From assembly GCA_000092065.1 (NCBI GenBank), contig CP000585.1: a stretch of DNA of 64,000 nucleotides, one strand, 5' to 3'. Of this stretch, positions 51,087 through 60,360 are shown one piece after another. The notes below the pieces were generated by a model, which worked only from the letters and a program-made list of their open reading frames with translations, was not told the origin of the DNA and did not search any database. A program made the position numbers and the translations under genes. This DNA is from Ostreococcus lucimarinus (lineage: Eukaryota). The number at the start of each line of letters is the position of its first letter. The first letter of the stretch is position 1.

Positions 51087-52040
51087 CTATTGCGTATTAA
51101 CTCTGCTCACCAACTTGGATTTTTCGGCGAGTGTAATCGACGCGCCATCCTCGGCGTTCGTGAACACAAACGTGCGCGCATCCGTGACGGGAAAACTCTT
51201 CGCGACGAGAGCCTTCATCGGACGGTACCCCGGGTACGACATTCGATCAAAAACAACCGCTCCGGCACAAACAACGCCCGGCGCCGTCGTCGCCGCCGCG
51301 CTCTCGATCCCCCAATCGCACTGCATGCCAACCTTGTGCGTGACGTGAATCTCCCCACCATTCCTCACCACGTACTCGCTCGCCCCAGCGACGAACCGCT
51401 CGACCAACGCCCGATTCGCCTCGAGTTCCTCCGCGCTCCTCGCGTCGAATCCGCCCAACGCCGCCTCTCTCGCCGACCCGTCCGCGTCTCGCGCCACGCA
51501 CGGAAAGTTCCAAATCGCCGCGTCGAACGTCCCCCGCTCCACCGTCTCCGGCAGCGTCTCGCCCAAATTTCCCGCGTCCACGCCGTGAATGACGCGCGCT
51601 CCTAACCTTTCCAACTCTCCCAGCGTCTCCTCCATCGCTCGTTCCCCGTAAATCGCATCCAACGACGCCCTCGTCTCGTGCGACGTCGCCGTCACCCCCG
51701 CGCCGCCCAGCGCGCGCGCCACCGCCCTCGAGAACGTGAAGTCCCCGTCGCCGACCGCCAGCACGCGCGCGCGTCGCGCGTCGTACAGTCCGATCCTTTT
51801 CCTTCGCTCGCCGCCGTCCCGCGCGCGCGCGCACGCCTCCGGCCGCGCGTTCGGCGCGTTCGCGACGCCCGCCGTCGCGAACACCGCGCGTCGACACACC
51901 ACGCACCCCGCGCGCGCGCACGCGAGCTGCGCGCGCGTCATGTGCAGCGCGACCGCGGGCGCGACCGCGTCGCGCGTCGCGGCGACGCGCTTGGCGTCGC
52001 GCGCGTCGTCGTCGTCGGCGTCGCGTCGGCGTCGCGACAT
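51087..52040 (-). CDS. BMT5-like (DUF2431) Rossmann-fold methyltransferase-family protein
   Basis: ATG at 52040..52038. VLAVGDGDFTFSRAVA and FDAAIWNFPCVA motifs typical of DUF2431/25S rRNA m3U methyltransferase-like proteins. Confidence 0.5.
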   Translation of the reverse strand: MSRRRRDADDDDARDAKRVAATRDAVAPAVALHMTRAQLACARAGCVVCRRAVFATAGVANAPNARPEACARARDGGERRKRIGLYDARRARVLAVGDGDFTFSRAVARALGGAGVTATSHETRASLDAIYGERAMEETLGELERLGARVIHGVDAGNLGETLPETVERGTFDAAIWNFPCVARDADGSAREAALGGFDARSAEELEANRALVERFVAGASEYVVRNGGEIHVTHKVGMQCDWGIESAAATTAPGVVCAGAVVFDRMSYPGYRPMKALVAKSFPVTDARTFVFTNAEDGASITLAEKSKLVSRVNTQ

Positions 52041-52235
52041 TCGGCGCCGCAGAGTGCGGCGCGATGGACGGCGCGCGCCGAGGCGCGTGCGATCACGCGC
52101 CGACGACGTCGGGCGGTGCGGGCGACGCGCGACGACGACGCGACGCGCGCGACGCGCGACGCGCGCGACGCGCGACGCGCGCGACGCGATGCGATTCGAT
52201 GCGTGGTGCCCGAATTGACGAACGCGACGACTGAC

Positions 52236-52265
52236 GACGGCGACGGCGACGGCGACGGCGACGAC
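52236..52265. repeat. (GACGGC)n hexanucleotide repeat in the BMT5-like divergent promoter, inside the proposed 5' intron of the 52309 gene
   Basis: gacggcgacggcgacggcgacggcgacgacg. Confidence 0.8.
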
Positions 52266-52308
52266 GCGCGCAGCGCTCGCGGAGACGCCGACGCCGTGTC
52301 ACACGCTC

Positions 52309-53475
52309 GTGTCGCTCGCGTGCGCGCGGTGCGGCGCGCGAGTGGTGCCGTGCGACGCGTGCGGGGGACTGGCCTCGGCGACGGCGAGACGGTGCCCGAG
52401 GTGCGCGGCGGCGCGCGTGGAGGGCGACGCGACGCGGGCGGCGATCGGACTCGACGCCGTCGACGCGGTGGACGCGATCGAAGCGATGGAGATCGCGCTG
52501 GACGGCGGATGGACGCGCGAGGCGTACGCGAGGGCGAAGAGGGAGGAGCTGGCGCGGCTGGAGACGCGGGGCGAGCGACGCGAACGCGCCGGACGCGGCG
52601 ACGCGTCCGTCGCGCCGAGGCGGTCGAGCTCGAGCGCGCCGACGCTGGACGACGAGGGCGTGCGCGGGACGCCTGACGCCGATCTGGACGAGCGACGGCT
52701 GACGCTGAGCTCGGTGCAGTGTGGGCAGCGCGTCGTGCCGGAGAGCGTCTTCAAGACGCCGAAACCGTCGAGGTTCGGACCGGCGCACGCGACGGTCGCC
52801 GCGTCGGCGTCACCGATCGGGGCGAGCGAGGCTCGAGCGAACGCGAATGCGTTGGACGCGGCGATCGTACGCGTGAAGAGTCAGCTTCTGTTTTGTGAGA
52901 AGGCGACTCGAAAGCGGCGCAAGACGCTCGAAGAGTACACTTGGACCGACCACGAAGTGCTGCAAGTTTTGTTGAAACGCGTCAAGTACGACGTCGCGAG
53001 CGCGCGACAGTTGATGATGATTTCCCGGTCGTTCCTTGAGTCCCGGGACCGCATTCATGCCGACGTCACGTACGCGCAGACGTTGCGAACGGCGATCGAC
53101 ACGCTCGAACGCGACGTACGCTTGATCATCGCTGGGAAAGACGAGACGCGGGAGCACGACGGCGATCATCGTTCGTTACATCTCCTTTGGCCGGACGAGC
53201 AGAGTGAGACGAACACAGAGGCTCACGCACTTTTATCGTCCGCCTTGCGCGCGCGCTCGAGCTGGGCCGATGACCAAGCGCGCGAAATCGGCGCCGAGCA
53301 CAGCAAGAGGCTGCGGGAAATCACGCGAGCGCAAAATGATTTGTTGGCGACGATCACGGAAGGTTCGTGCGACCAGATGACGCACGACGCCGCTTGCAAA
53401 GCAATCTACATGGTTTTGCGCATGTACAAGACCATCTTTCTACTGACGGAGCACGCTAGAGCTAGAACTACGTAA
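52309..53475 (+). CDS. Hypothetical protein with N-terminal Cys pairs (CARCG...CDACGG...CPRC) and a helical C-terminal domain; true start probably upstream via a short intron
   Basis: The track start is GTG. The first internal ATG is about 60 codons in. A candidate ATGC microexon at 52199..52202 and intron 52203..52273 (GTGGTG...CTGAC...CAG) would give MPLAETPTPCHTLVSLACARCG... Confidence 0.4.
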   Translation: MSLACARCGARVVPCDACGGLASATARRCPRCAAARVEGDATRAAIGLDAVDAVDAIEAMEIALDGGWTREAYARAKREELARLETRGERRERAGRGDASVAPRRSSSSAPTLDDEGVRGTPDADLDERRLTLSSVQCGQRVVPESVFKTPKPSRFGPAHATVAASASPIGASEARANANALDAAIVRVKSQLLFCEKATRKRRKTLEEYTWTDHEVLQVLLKRVKYDVASARQLMMISRSFLESRDRIHADVTYAQTLRTAIDTLERDVRLIIAGKDETREHDGDHRSLHLLWPDEQSETNTEAHALLSSALRARSSWADDQAREIGAEHSKRLREITRAQNDLLATITEGSCDQMTHDAACKAIYMVLRMYKTIFLLTEHARARTT

Positions 53476-54244
53476 AACTGGGCACTGCTAATAAACAACA
53501 TACGGCGTGCGCCAAGTCTTCATACACATCCACGGGAAAGCACTCATCGGGAAGCGACATCGTCGGATCGTCCGCGCGCGTCGTAATTCTGTACGGCAGT
53601 CGTTGATTTTTCGACCGCAGCGCTTCACCCATGACCTCTCCGTACCCCGTGCACACCAAGCACCGCCGAACGCCCGCTCTCGCCGCCGCCTGCATATCCG
53701 TCACCGTGTCCCCGATGAACACCGCCCGCGACGGCTCATCCGCGAGCCCATTCGCCGCGAGTGCCTCGACCACCATCCCCGGCGCCGGCTTTCGCCGGTC
53801 GCACGGTTCGTCTCGCGCCTTGTGCGCGTAATAAATCTCCCCCAGCGTCGCCCCGGCGTCTTCGCGAAGCGCGCGTCGCATCTCCCCGTGCACCACGTCC
53901 TCGACGTACGCCGCGCTGACGTGCCCCTTTCCGATCGCCGTCTGATTCGTCACCACCGCCGTCGGCACGCCCGCGTCGTTCAGCGCTCGCACCGCGCGCG
54001 CCGCGCCGTCGATGAGCTCGAACTGCGCGACGTCCACGACGCCCGGCGCGCCGACGTCGACGTTGATCACCCCGTCGCGGTCGAGCAGCGCGAGCGCGAC
54101 GTCGCGCGTCGTCGCCGCGCGCGTCGTCGCGCGCGCGCGCCGCGCGCGCGCGACGCGCGGCGTCGCTCGACGACCGACCGCGAGCCGCATTGTGCGACTC
54201 GACGACCGTCGCGACCGTCGCGACGGTCGCATCGCGCGACGCAT
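53468..54244 (-). CDS. HAD-superfamily subfamily IIIA phosphatase (GmhB/histidinol-phosphatase-like), organelle-targeted
   Basis: ATG at 54244..54242. Motif I LLDRDGVIN, motif II VVTNQ, motif IV GDTVTD. Confidence 0.65.
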   Translation of the reverse strand: MRRAMRPSRRSRRSSSRTMRLAVGRRATPRVARARRARATTRAATTRDVALALLDRDGVINVDVGAPGVVDVAQFELIDGAARAVRALNDAGVPTAVVTNQTAIGKGHVSAAYVEDVVHGEMRRALREDAGATLGEIYYAHKARDEPCDRRKPAPGMVVEALAANGLADEPSRAVFIGDTVTDMQAAARAGVRRCLVCTGYGEVMGEALRSKNQRLPYRITTRADDPTMSLPDECFPVDVYEDLAHAVCCLLAVPSFT

Positions 54245-54267
54245 CGCGCGACAGCGCGCGGCGATCG

Positions 54268-54618
54268 ATGTTCAACGCGTGCGCGCCCGCGGCGTCGCGG
54301 TGCGGGCGGAACAAGGGCGCGAAACCGCCCAAGCCCGAGTGGGCGGAATCGTTCGAGCGATTCCGAAAGGAACGCGGCGAGTTGACGCGCGAACAGGCGG
54401 AGAAGGCGTGGGAGGCGCAGAAGACGGCGATGCTGCAGGAGGAAGAAGTCGCCACGCGGTTGTACGCGGAGATGGACGTGCTGGAGGGGACGTCGGGAGG
54501 GCGAACGGGGAACGCGGCGGCGACGGCGGAGCTGGTGAGCGAAAACGTACGAAGGGCGTCGCCGACGGCGGCGGACGTGGAGCAGGCGAAACGAGCGGAT
54601 GCGAATCCGTTCAAGTGA
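54268..54618 (+). CDS. Hypothetical small basic/acidic protein (116 aa)
   Basis: First ATG at 54268 in a TTG-started track ORF. KPPKPEWAESFERFRKERGELTREQAEKAWEAQK looks protein-like. Only 23 bp from the divergent HAD-phosphatase ATG. Confidence 0.25.
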   Translation: MFNACAPAASRCGRNKGAKPPKPEWAESFERFRKERGELTREQAEKAWEAQKTAMLQEEEVATRLYAEMDVLEGTSGGRTGNAAATAELVSENVRRASPTAADVEQAKRADANPFK

Positions 54619-54727
54619 GACTCGGTTCGAGTGAGACTGGCGCGATTGTTGTGGTACTACTAGGATTGTATTTGAAATAAAAACGCAGATGCGTAAGAGG
54701 AGCGCTGGCGGTGGGCGCCCGACGCGG

Positions 54728-56099
54728 CTACGCCTCGACTTTGCCAAACTTTTCCTCGATCCACTGCGACGTGACGGATTTCGGGCGTTCGATGGGGTAT
54801 CCAGACCCGCGAGACAGCGTGAGTTGGCTCAAGACGCCGATAGCGCGCGAGGCACCGAATAAGACGGTGTAGAAGTTTGCTTCGGTGATGCCGTAGTATT
54901 GAAGCAACACGCCCGAGTGCGCGTCGACGTTGGGCCACGGGTTCTTCACTTTACCAGTCTCGGTGAGCACGCCCGGGACGACTTCAAAGAGCTTACCCAC
55001 GAGCTTGAACATCGGATCGTCGGGCAAGTGCTTGAGCGCGAACTCGCGCTGACACGTGTATCTCGGATCCGTCTTTCGCAACACGCCGTGGCCGTATCCC
55101 GGAACGACCCTGCCACTCTTCAGCGTCGCCCACACGAACTCAGTGAGTTCTTCCTTCGTCGCGTTGTCGCCAACTTTTTCGCGCGTCTCGTTGAGCCATT
55201 TCAGCACCTCTTGGTTCGCCAAGCCGTGCAACGGGCCGGCGAGGCCGTTCAAGCCGGCGACGAGCGAGAGGTACGGATCGCTCAACGCGCTCCCAACCAG
55301 GTGCGTGGCGTGCGCCGACACGTTCCCGCCCTCATGGTCGACGTGAATGGTCATGTACAACCGCATGAGCTCCTTCACGGCCTCGGAATCGTGCCCCATC
55401 ATGTGCGCGAAGTTCGCCGCCCAGTCCAGACTCGCGTCGGCGGCGACGAGCGTCCCATCCTTGAACGTTCGCCTGTAGATCGCCGCGCACACCGCGGGTA
55501 AACGAGCGATGATATCCATCGAGTCTTCGAACGCGTGCTCCCAAAACGTCGTCTTGTGCGCGCCGTCTTGATACGCCTTGGCAAACTTACTCTCCGGTTG
55601 CATCGCCATCAGCGCGACGCTCAGCTGCGTCATCGGATGCGCGTTTTTCGGCAGCGCGTCGAGCGCGTCGAAAACCGCCTTCGGCACCTCCGCGCGCGCC
55701 GCCAGCTCCGCGCTCAGCGTCCTCACCTGCGCCTCGCTCGGAATCTCCCCCGTCAGCATCAACCACATGATTCCCTCCGGCAGCGGCTCCTCGCCCCCCC
55801 GCGCCTTCGGCAACTTTTCCCGCAGCTCGGGAATCGCGCGCCCTCGGAACCGTATCCCCTCCTCCGCGTCCAACAGCGACGTCTCGTACAGCATCGCCGT
55901 GATCCCTCGCATCCCTCCCGCGACCATGTTCACCGTCACCTCGCCCACGACGCGGTCCCCGTGCGCCCGCTTGATCGCCCGCAGTCGCGCGTTCGCGCGC
56001 TCCAGCGCCGCCGCGACGCGCGCCTTGAGCCCGACCGCCGCGTCGTCGCTCGCCGACGTCGCGCTCGCGCGTCCGCGCTCGACGCGCGTCGTCGGACCG

Positions 56100-56136
<37 letters not shown>

Positions 56137-56245
56137 CGCGCGCCCATCCGTCGCGCGCCCATCCGTCGAGCGCGCGCGACGGACGCGCGCGCGACTCGAG
56201 CGCGCGCGCCGCGCGTCGGCTCGCGCGCGCGACGATCGCCGACAT
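54728..56245 (-). CDS. Citrate synthase, eukaryotic mitochondrial type
   Basis: ATG at 56245..56243. Near-complete identity blocks with animal/plant CS: [135 protein letters not shown]. Arg/Ala-rich presequence contains an ATATATATATAT run. Confidence 0.85.
56100..56135. repeat. Hexanucleotide repeat (GTCGCC)x6 inside the citrate synthase presequence (encodes ATATATATATAT on the coding strand)
   Basis: gtcgccgtcgccgtcgccgtcgccgtcgccgtcgcc read directly. Confidence 0.9.
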
Positions 56246-56570
56246 CCGCGTCGAGCGCTGGCGCCGGCCGCGCGCGCGACCGACGCGACGCGGATGTCGG
56301 CGATCGACCGACACGCGGGTGTCTCGCGGCGCACGACCGACCGACCCGAACGCGCGCGTACACCATATAATAATCGTCAGCGCGCCGTCGACGCGCGCGA
56401 CGTTCGCGCGAAATTCGACCGCGAACGTAAATCTCTGCGTCGTGTGGGCGAACAGTGTAGAGCTCGGACAATCGGCGCGCGTTCGAATTGCGCGTCGACG
56501 GATTCGCGCGCGAATCGCGACGACGCGCCCGCACGACGCGACGCGCGACGCGCCGAGAGCGCGAGGCGAG

Positions 56571-56798
56571 ATGGCGCGCGACGCGCCGAGAGCGGTCGAG
56601 GACGACGAGGGGCTGGCGATGGCGATCGGACTGGACGTGGGGATGCGATTGGCGACGCGCGGGACGCGCGACGGGGATTCGGACGCGAACGTTGACGAGG
56701 ACGACGACGACGACGACGACGGGGTGCTGCGAGCGATGGATCGATTGGGAACGAGGGACGAGGCGCTGCTGTCGAGGGTCGGGGCGCTCGGGACGCGA

Positions 56799-56831
<33 letters not shown>

Positions 56832-58748
56832 AAGGCGGGGGGGGAGACGCGCGCGGACGACGCGACGGCGGACGCGGCGAACGCGCAGGGTTCGAGGGCG
56901 CTGCAGATACTCAAGGTGAATCCGCAGGTGAGGAACGCGGAGTCGGCGCAAATGTTTCTGCCGGCGATTCATAAATCGCTCGCACCGAAGATTCGGACGG
57001 AGATGAAGACGAGCGCGTTTCGACCGCAACTTCCCGCGTGGGCGGCGACGAAGAAGGATAGTTTGGAGATTTCGGGAGACGTGGACGCGGTGTCGACGGC
57101 CTTGGACGCGAATCAAAAGTTTCAGCAAGACATATCTACCCTGTTGCGGGCGTTGGATGAAAAGATGGAGAGGAACGAGCGCTTGATCACGATGGTTACG
57201 CGTTGGAGAAATCGCAAGGGTCGTCGCGTGCACTGGTCGCTGCGAGAGGCCATGATGGACTTGTGGGGGCAGAAGAGCGATTTGTACTTCAGAGTGCCTT
57301 CGGCGTGGAATCCATCGAGCCGCGCGAGCGCATCGCTTCATTCGGACGACGCCACAGGGATCATGTCTCAGGCGACGCTGCAAAAGCAAATCACGCCGAA
57401 CGCGGACATGCTTCGTCTTGGCTGGGCAAATTTGGTGGAAAAGATACCGCTTTCGTACGCCTCGCATTGTCGAGCTTGGACGCCCAAGGAAGACGCACAG
57501 CTGAGAAAAGGTGTGCACTTCCAGCTGCAACAAGCCCGTTTACTCACGGATCAGCGCATGAGTCTGGAAGAGCTTGCGGGAATGTCAGTGCAACCGCTCA
57601 GCGCGCTCCTCCAGCCGGGCGGTTTGGACGTCGTCTTGCGCGATTCCGAAGCCATCGATTGGGGCGAAGTGGTTCGCATGCACATGCCGTTGCGCACCGT
57701 GGATGATTGTCGATTACGGTGGATGAACGTCGTCGACCCGCGAATCTGTCCAGAAGCGTGGACGGACAGGGAAGACGATATGCTCATCGAACTCGCCGAA
57801 GGATGGGAGACGAAGAGGAATTGGACCTTGATCGCCGAGGAGATTTTCGCGGCCAAGATCACGCCCGGAAAACTTCTTCGCTCGCCGCATCAGTGCGCGA
57901 TGCGCTACCAAGCGGAATGGAATCCGTCGCTGGTGAAGAGCTCATGGACGCCGGAAGAAGACGCGTTCATTTTGCGTTGGATCAAGGACCACGGCGTCGG
58001 ACACTGGACTAAGCTCGCCCGTCTGCTGCCGGGTCACACCGGGCAGCAACTTCTTCATCGTTGGCGTCGGATCCAGCCCACGAGGCGCACGGGCGCGTGG
58101 ACGGAAGAGGAAGACGAAGCGTTGCGCGTCGCCGTCGGCGCGTACAAGCAGGGTGAGCGAATCAAATGGTCGTTGGTTCAAGAGCACGTCCCGACGCGCA
58201 CAGACGTGCAGTGCCGCGAGCGTTGGACGGGTGTACTCGATCCTGGCATCAAGACTGGACCATGGACTGAGGAAGAGGACGCGGCGTTGATGGCGGCCAT
58301 GGGTCCCCACTGGCAGGAGAACGGCTTCAACGAATGGGCGCGTCTCACCGCGGTTCTGCCTGGTCGCACTGGGAAGCACTGTATGCGACGCTGCCGCGCG
58401 CTCGCAAAGAAACAGAACGACGACGGCGAGGCTTCTCACCAAGGCGGAGGCGAACGATCGTCGGCCGCAAAATCGAAGAACAAAGCGACGACGACGAAGA
58501 AGAAGCGCGCTGCGGCGACGACCACGGCACCCGTCGCGGAGCCCGCTCTCGAAGAGCCGGTCGACGACGCGCTTGGCACCGACGAACATCCACCGACTGC
58601 GAGGAAGAAGGCTCCCGCTCGACAGAAGACTGCGAAGACCACAGCTTCTAAGACGGCGTCCATCGCATCGCCGAAAACGCGCGATGACAAAGCGCCCGTT
58701 GTCGAACCCGAGCCGAAGAGACCGCGAAGAAGTACGCGGACGACGTGA
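56571..58748 (+). CDS. Myb-domain protein with five consecutive Myb/SANT repeats (SNAPC4/SNAP190-like or multi-repeat c-Myb-like)
   Basis: ATG at 56571. Repeats [44 protein letters not shown] and [11 protein letters not shown], each followed by a conserved W...C/QC...RW pattern. Lys/Thr-rich basic tail. Confidence 0.65.
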
Positions 58749-59023
58749 GCGAGCGTGCATTTTTTGCGACGCGACGTAGTCAACCAGCACTAGATAGAAC
58801 GACACGAACGATACGAGGTTGTAGTAGAACAGAAAATAACAAACGACGAAGACGACGATGACGAAGGCGGCAGTAGGGGTGATTGATTTCAGTAAGAATT
58901 GACGTTAGAGGTTTACAAAAAATGTGTAAAAGCTTGAATGGCGAGTTCAACCCGACGCGCGTGCTCGGAGAGAACTCAATCTCATGACGAGATTGATGAA
59001 GCAGAATCAGAAAGATTCGACGC

Positions 59024-59782
59024 TTAGCTCATGCGAGCGGCGGCTTCGAGAGTCGCTTCGAACGCCTTGGCGCACGCGGCTTCATCCGGCTTGCCGGCGC
59101 ACGCCTGCTCCATGGCTTGCAAGTCGCCGTTGCCGAGCTCGAGAGCGACGTCGGACGGGATCAAGTTCAAGCCATCGACGAGTTCTTGCGCGATCATACC
59201 CGAGATGGAGATCATCGCGAGGCGGCCGTTGTTGAGCTCCTTCAATCGAAGTTCATCGAGTTCTTCCTCGGACTTGCCTCGGCCGAGGCCGAGCGGGTCG
59301 AAGTTCAAGTCGCCCGGCGTGTAGCCATCCTTGAGCAAGAAGAGCTTGTCGGATTGACCCGGATCTTGCCAGCCCGCTTGCACGCGCGTGGATTCGGCGA
59401 TCGCGATCGTCGCGCCGATCGCGAACCAGAACGGCGTCGGCACTTGTTGGAAGTGGTTCACCGCCGGACCCGTCACCTGCGCGTCGAACAAAAAGCTCGA
59501 CCCCTCGACTTGTTCGCCGACCAAGAATCCCACCGTCGCGAGCATCGACACGCGACCGTGCGTGAGCTCCGCCTCGCGGTATCGCTGGAGCGACGCCCCG
59601 TCGATGCCGTTGCAGAATCCGAGCACGTCGAGTCCCTCCGGGAACGGCGCCGACGCCCCGACGAGTCCCGCCGCGGTGGCCTCTTGAATGTTCGCGTAGT
59701 TCTTACCCTTCGTGAACACGCCCGCGGACGCCGTGCGGACGGTGGGCTTGACGCTCATGGCGTTGACGACGACCGGAGACAT
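59024..59782 (-). CDS. Light-harvesting complex protein, LHCSR/LI818-like chlorophyll-binding protein
   Basis: ATG at 59782..59780 (the track start is GTG). Helix 1 YREAELTHGRVSMLATVGFLVGE, helix 3 ELRLKELNNGRLAMISISGMIAQE, and FDPLGL motif. Confidence 0.75.
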   Translation of the reverse strand: MSPVVVNAMSVKPTVRTASAGVFTKGKNYANIQEATAAGLVGASAPFPEGLDVLGFCNGIDGASLQRYREAELTHGRVSMLATVGFLVGEQVEGSSFLFDAQVTGPAVNHFQQVPTPFWFAIGATIAIAESTRVQAGWQDPGQSDKLFLLKDGYTPGDLNFDPLGLGRGKSEEELDELRLKELNNGRLAMISISGMIAQELVDGLNLIPSDVALELGNGDLQAMEQACAGKPDEAACAKAFEATLEAAARMS

Positions 59783-59870
59783 CGTGCGTTGTCGGTGTGT
59801 GAGTTCGTGCGTCACAGTGACGCGCGCGTCGCGCGACAGGTCCGCCGAGCCCCTCGGATTATCCCTTCGA

Positions 59871-59891
59871 TGACGTCACGCGACGTCACGC
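59871..59891. promoter_or_regulatory. Tandem C-box/CRE-like ACGT elements (TGACGTCACG CGACGTCACG) about 90-110 bp upstream of the LHCSR-like gene ATG
   Basis: tgacgtcacgcgacgtcacgcg: two direct copies of a GACGTCACGC decamer. The first forms the perfect palindrome TGACGTCA. Confidence 0.45.
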
Positions 59892-59916
59892 GTTTCGCGC
59901 GTGTTCGTTCGTGTGG

Positions 59917-60063
59917 TCGAGGCGCCTCGCGGGATTTTGACTCGTTCAGAGCAACATCAGTGGGGTTTCAGTGACCGTTCATGACTCAATAAATCGTTGA
60001 CCAGTCATAACTCGCCAACAGGGACTGTGCGGTCGAGGCGCCTCGCGGAGGAGTCCCTGTTTT
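59917..60063. promoter_or_regulatory. Two copies of a 17-bp element GTCGAGGCGCCTCGCGG containing the perfect 12-bp palindrome CGAGGCGCCTCG; the second copy is embedded in a 9-bp inverted repeat ACAGGGACT/AGTCCCTGT
   Basis: Copies at 59917..59933 and 60032..60048. Arms at 60018..60026 and 60052..60060. Located in the 578-bp divergent promoter between the LHC gene and the 60361 gene. Confidence 0.5.
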
Positions 60064-60258
60064 GAGCGTTCACGACTCACGAAGTATCGCGGTGTGTGAA
60101 CGAACAGTGCGGTGGTCACGTTCCGTGTAGTAGTGTCGCGCGAATGACGGCGTTTCATACGAGCGGTCGGCGTCGCGACGCGCGACGCGTCGCGGCGACG
60201 CGCGAGACGCGCGCGCGGGGACGGACGCGATCGCGCGATCGCGGCGCGCATGCGAGGC

Positions 60259-60300
60259 GCGAACGCGAACGCGAACGCGAACGCGACCGCGAGCGCGAAC
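60259..60300. repeat. Hexanucleotide (GAACGC)n repeat in the LHC divergent promoter, 60 bp upstream of the 60361 ATG
   Basis: gaacgcgaacgcgaacgcgaacgcgaccgcgagcgcgaacgcg. Confidence 0.85.
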
Positions 60301-60360
60301 GCGTCGAATCGAATCGGTGGCGCGATTGCGCGATTGGACTCGATTTGATTCGTCGTCGAC

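Noticed and set aside
55587-57533. 648-aa minus-strand ORF and other long antisense ORFs opposite real genes (for example 16129..17532, 39038..40135, 50079..51035, 53736..54614)
   Set aside because: Each is antisense to a confidently identified gene and is Arg-rich with no motifs. Long antisense ORFs are expected at this GC content because stop codons are AT-rich.
58749-59023. Possible tRNA or other small RNA in the AT-richer convergent spacer between the Myb and LHC genes (GAGTTCAACCC resembles a T-loop)
   Set aside because: No complementary T-stem, no acceptor stem and no anticodon arm could be formed. It is more likely overlapping 3' UTRs, with a TGTAA-type polyadenylation motif.
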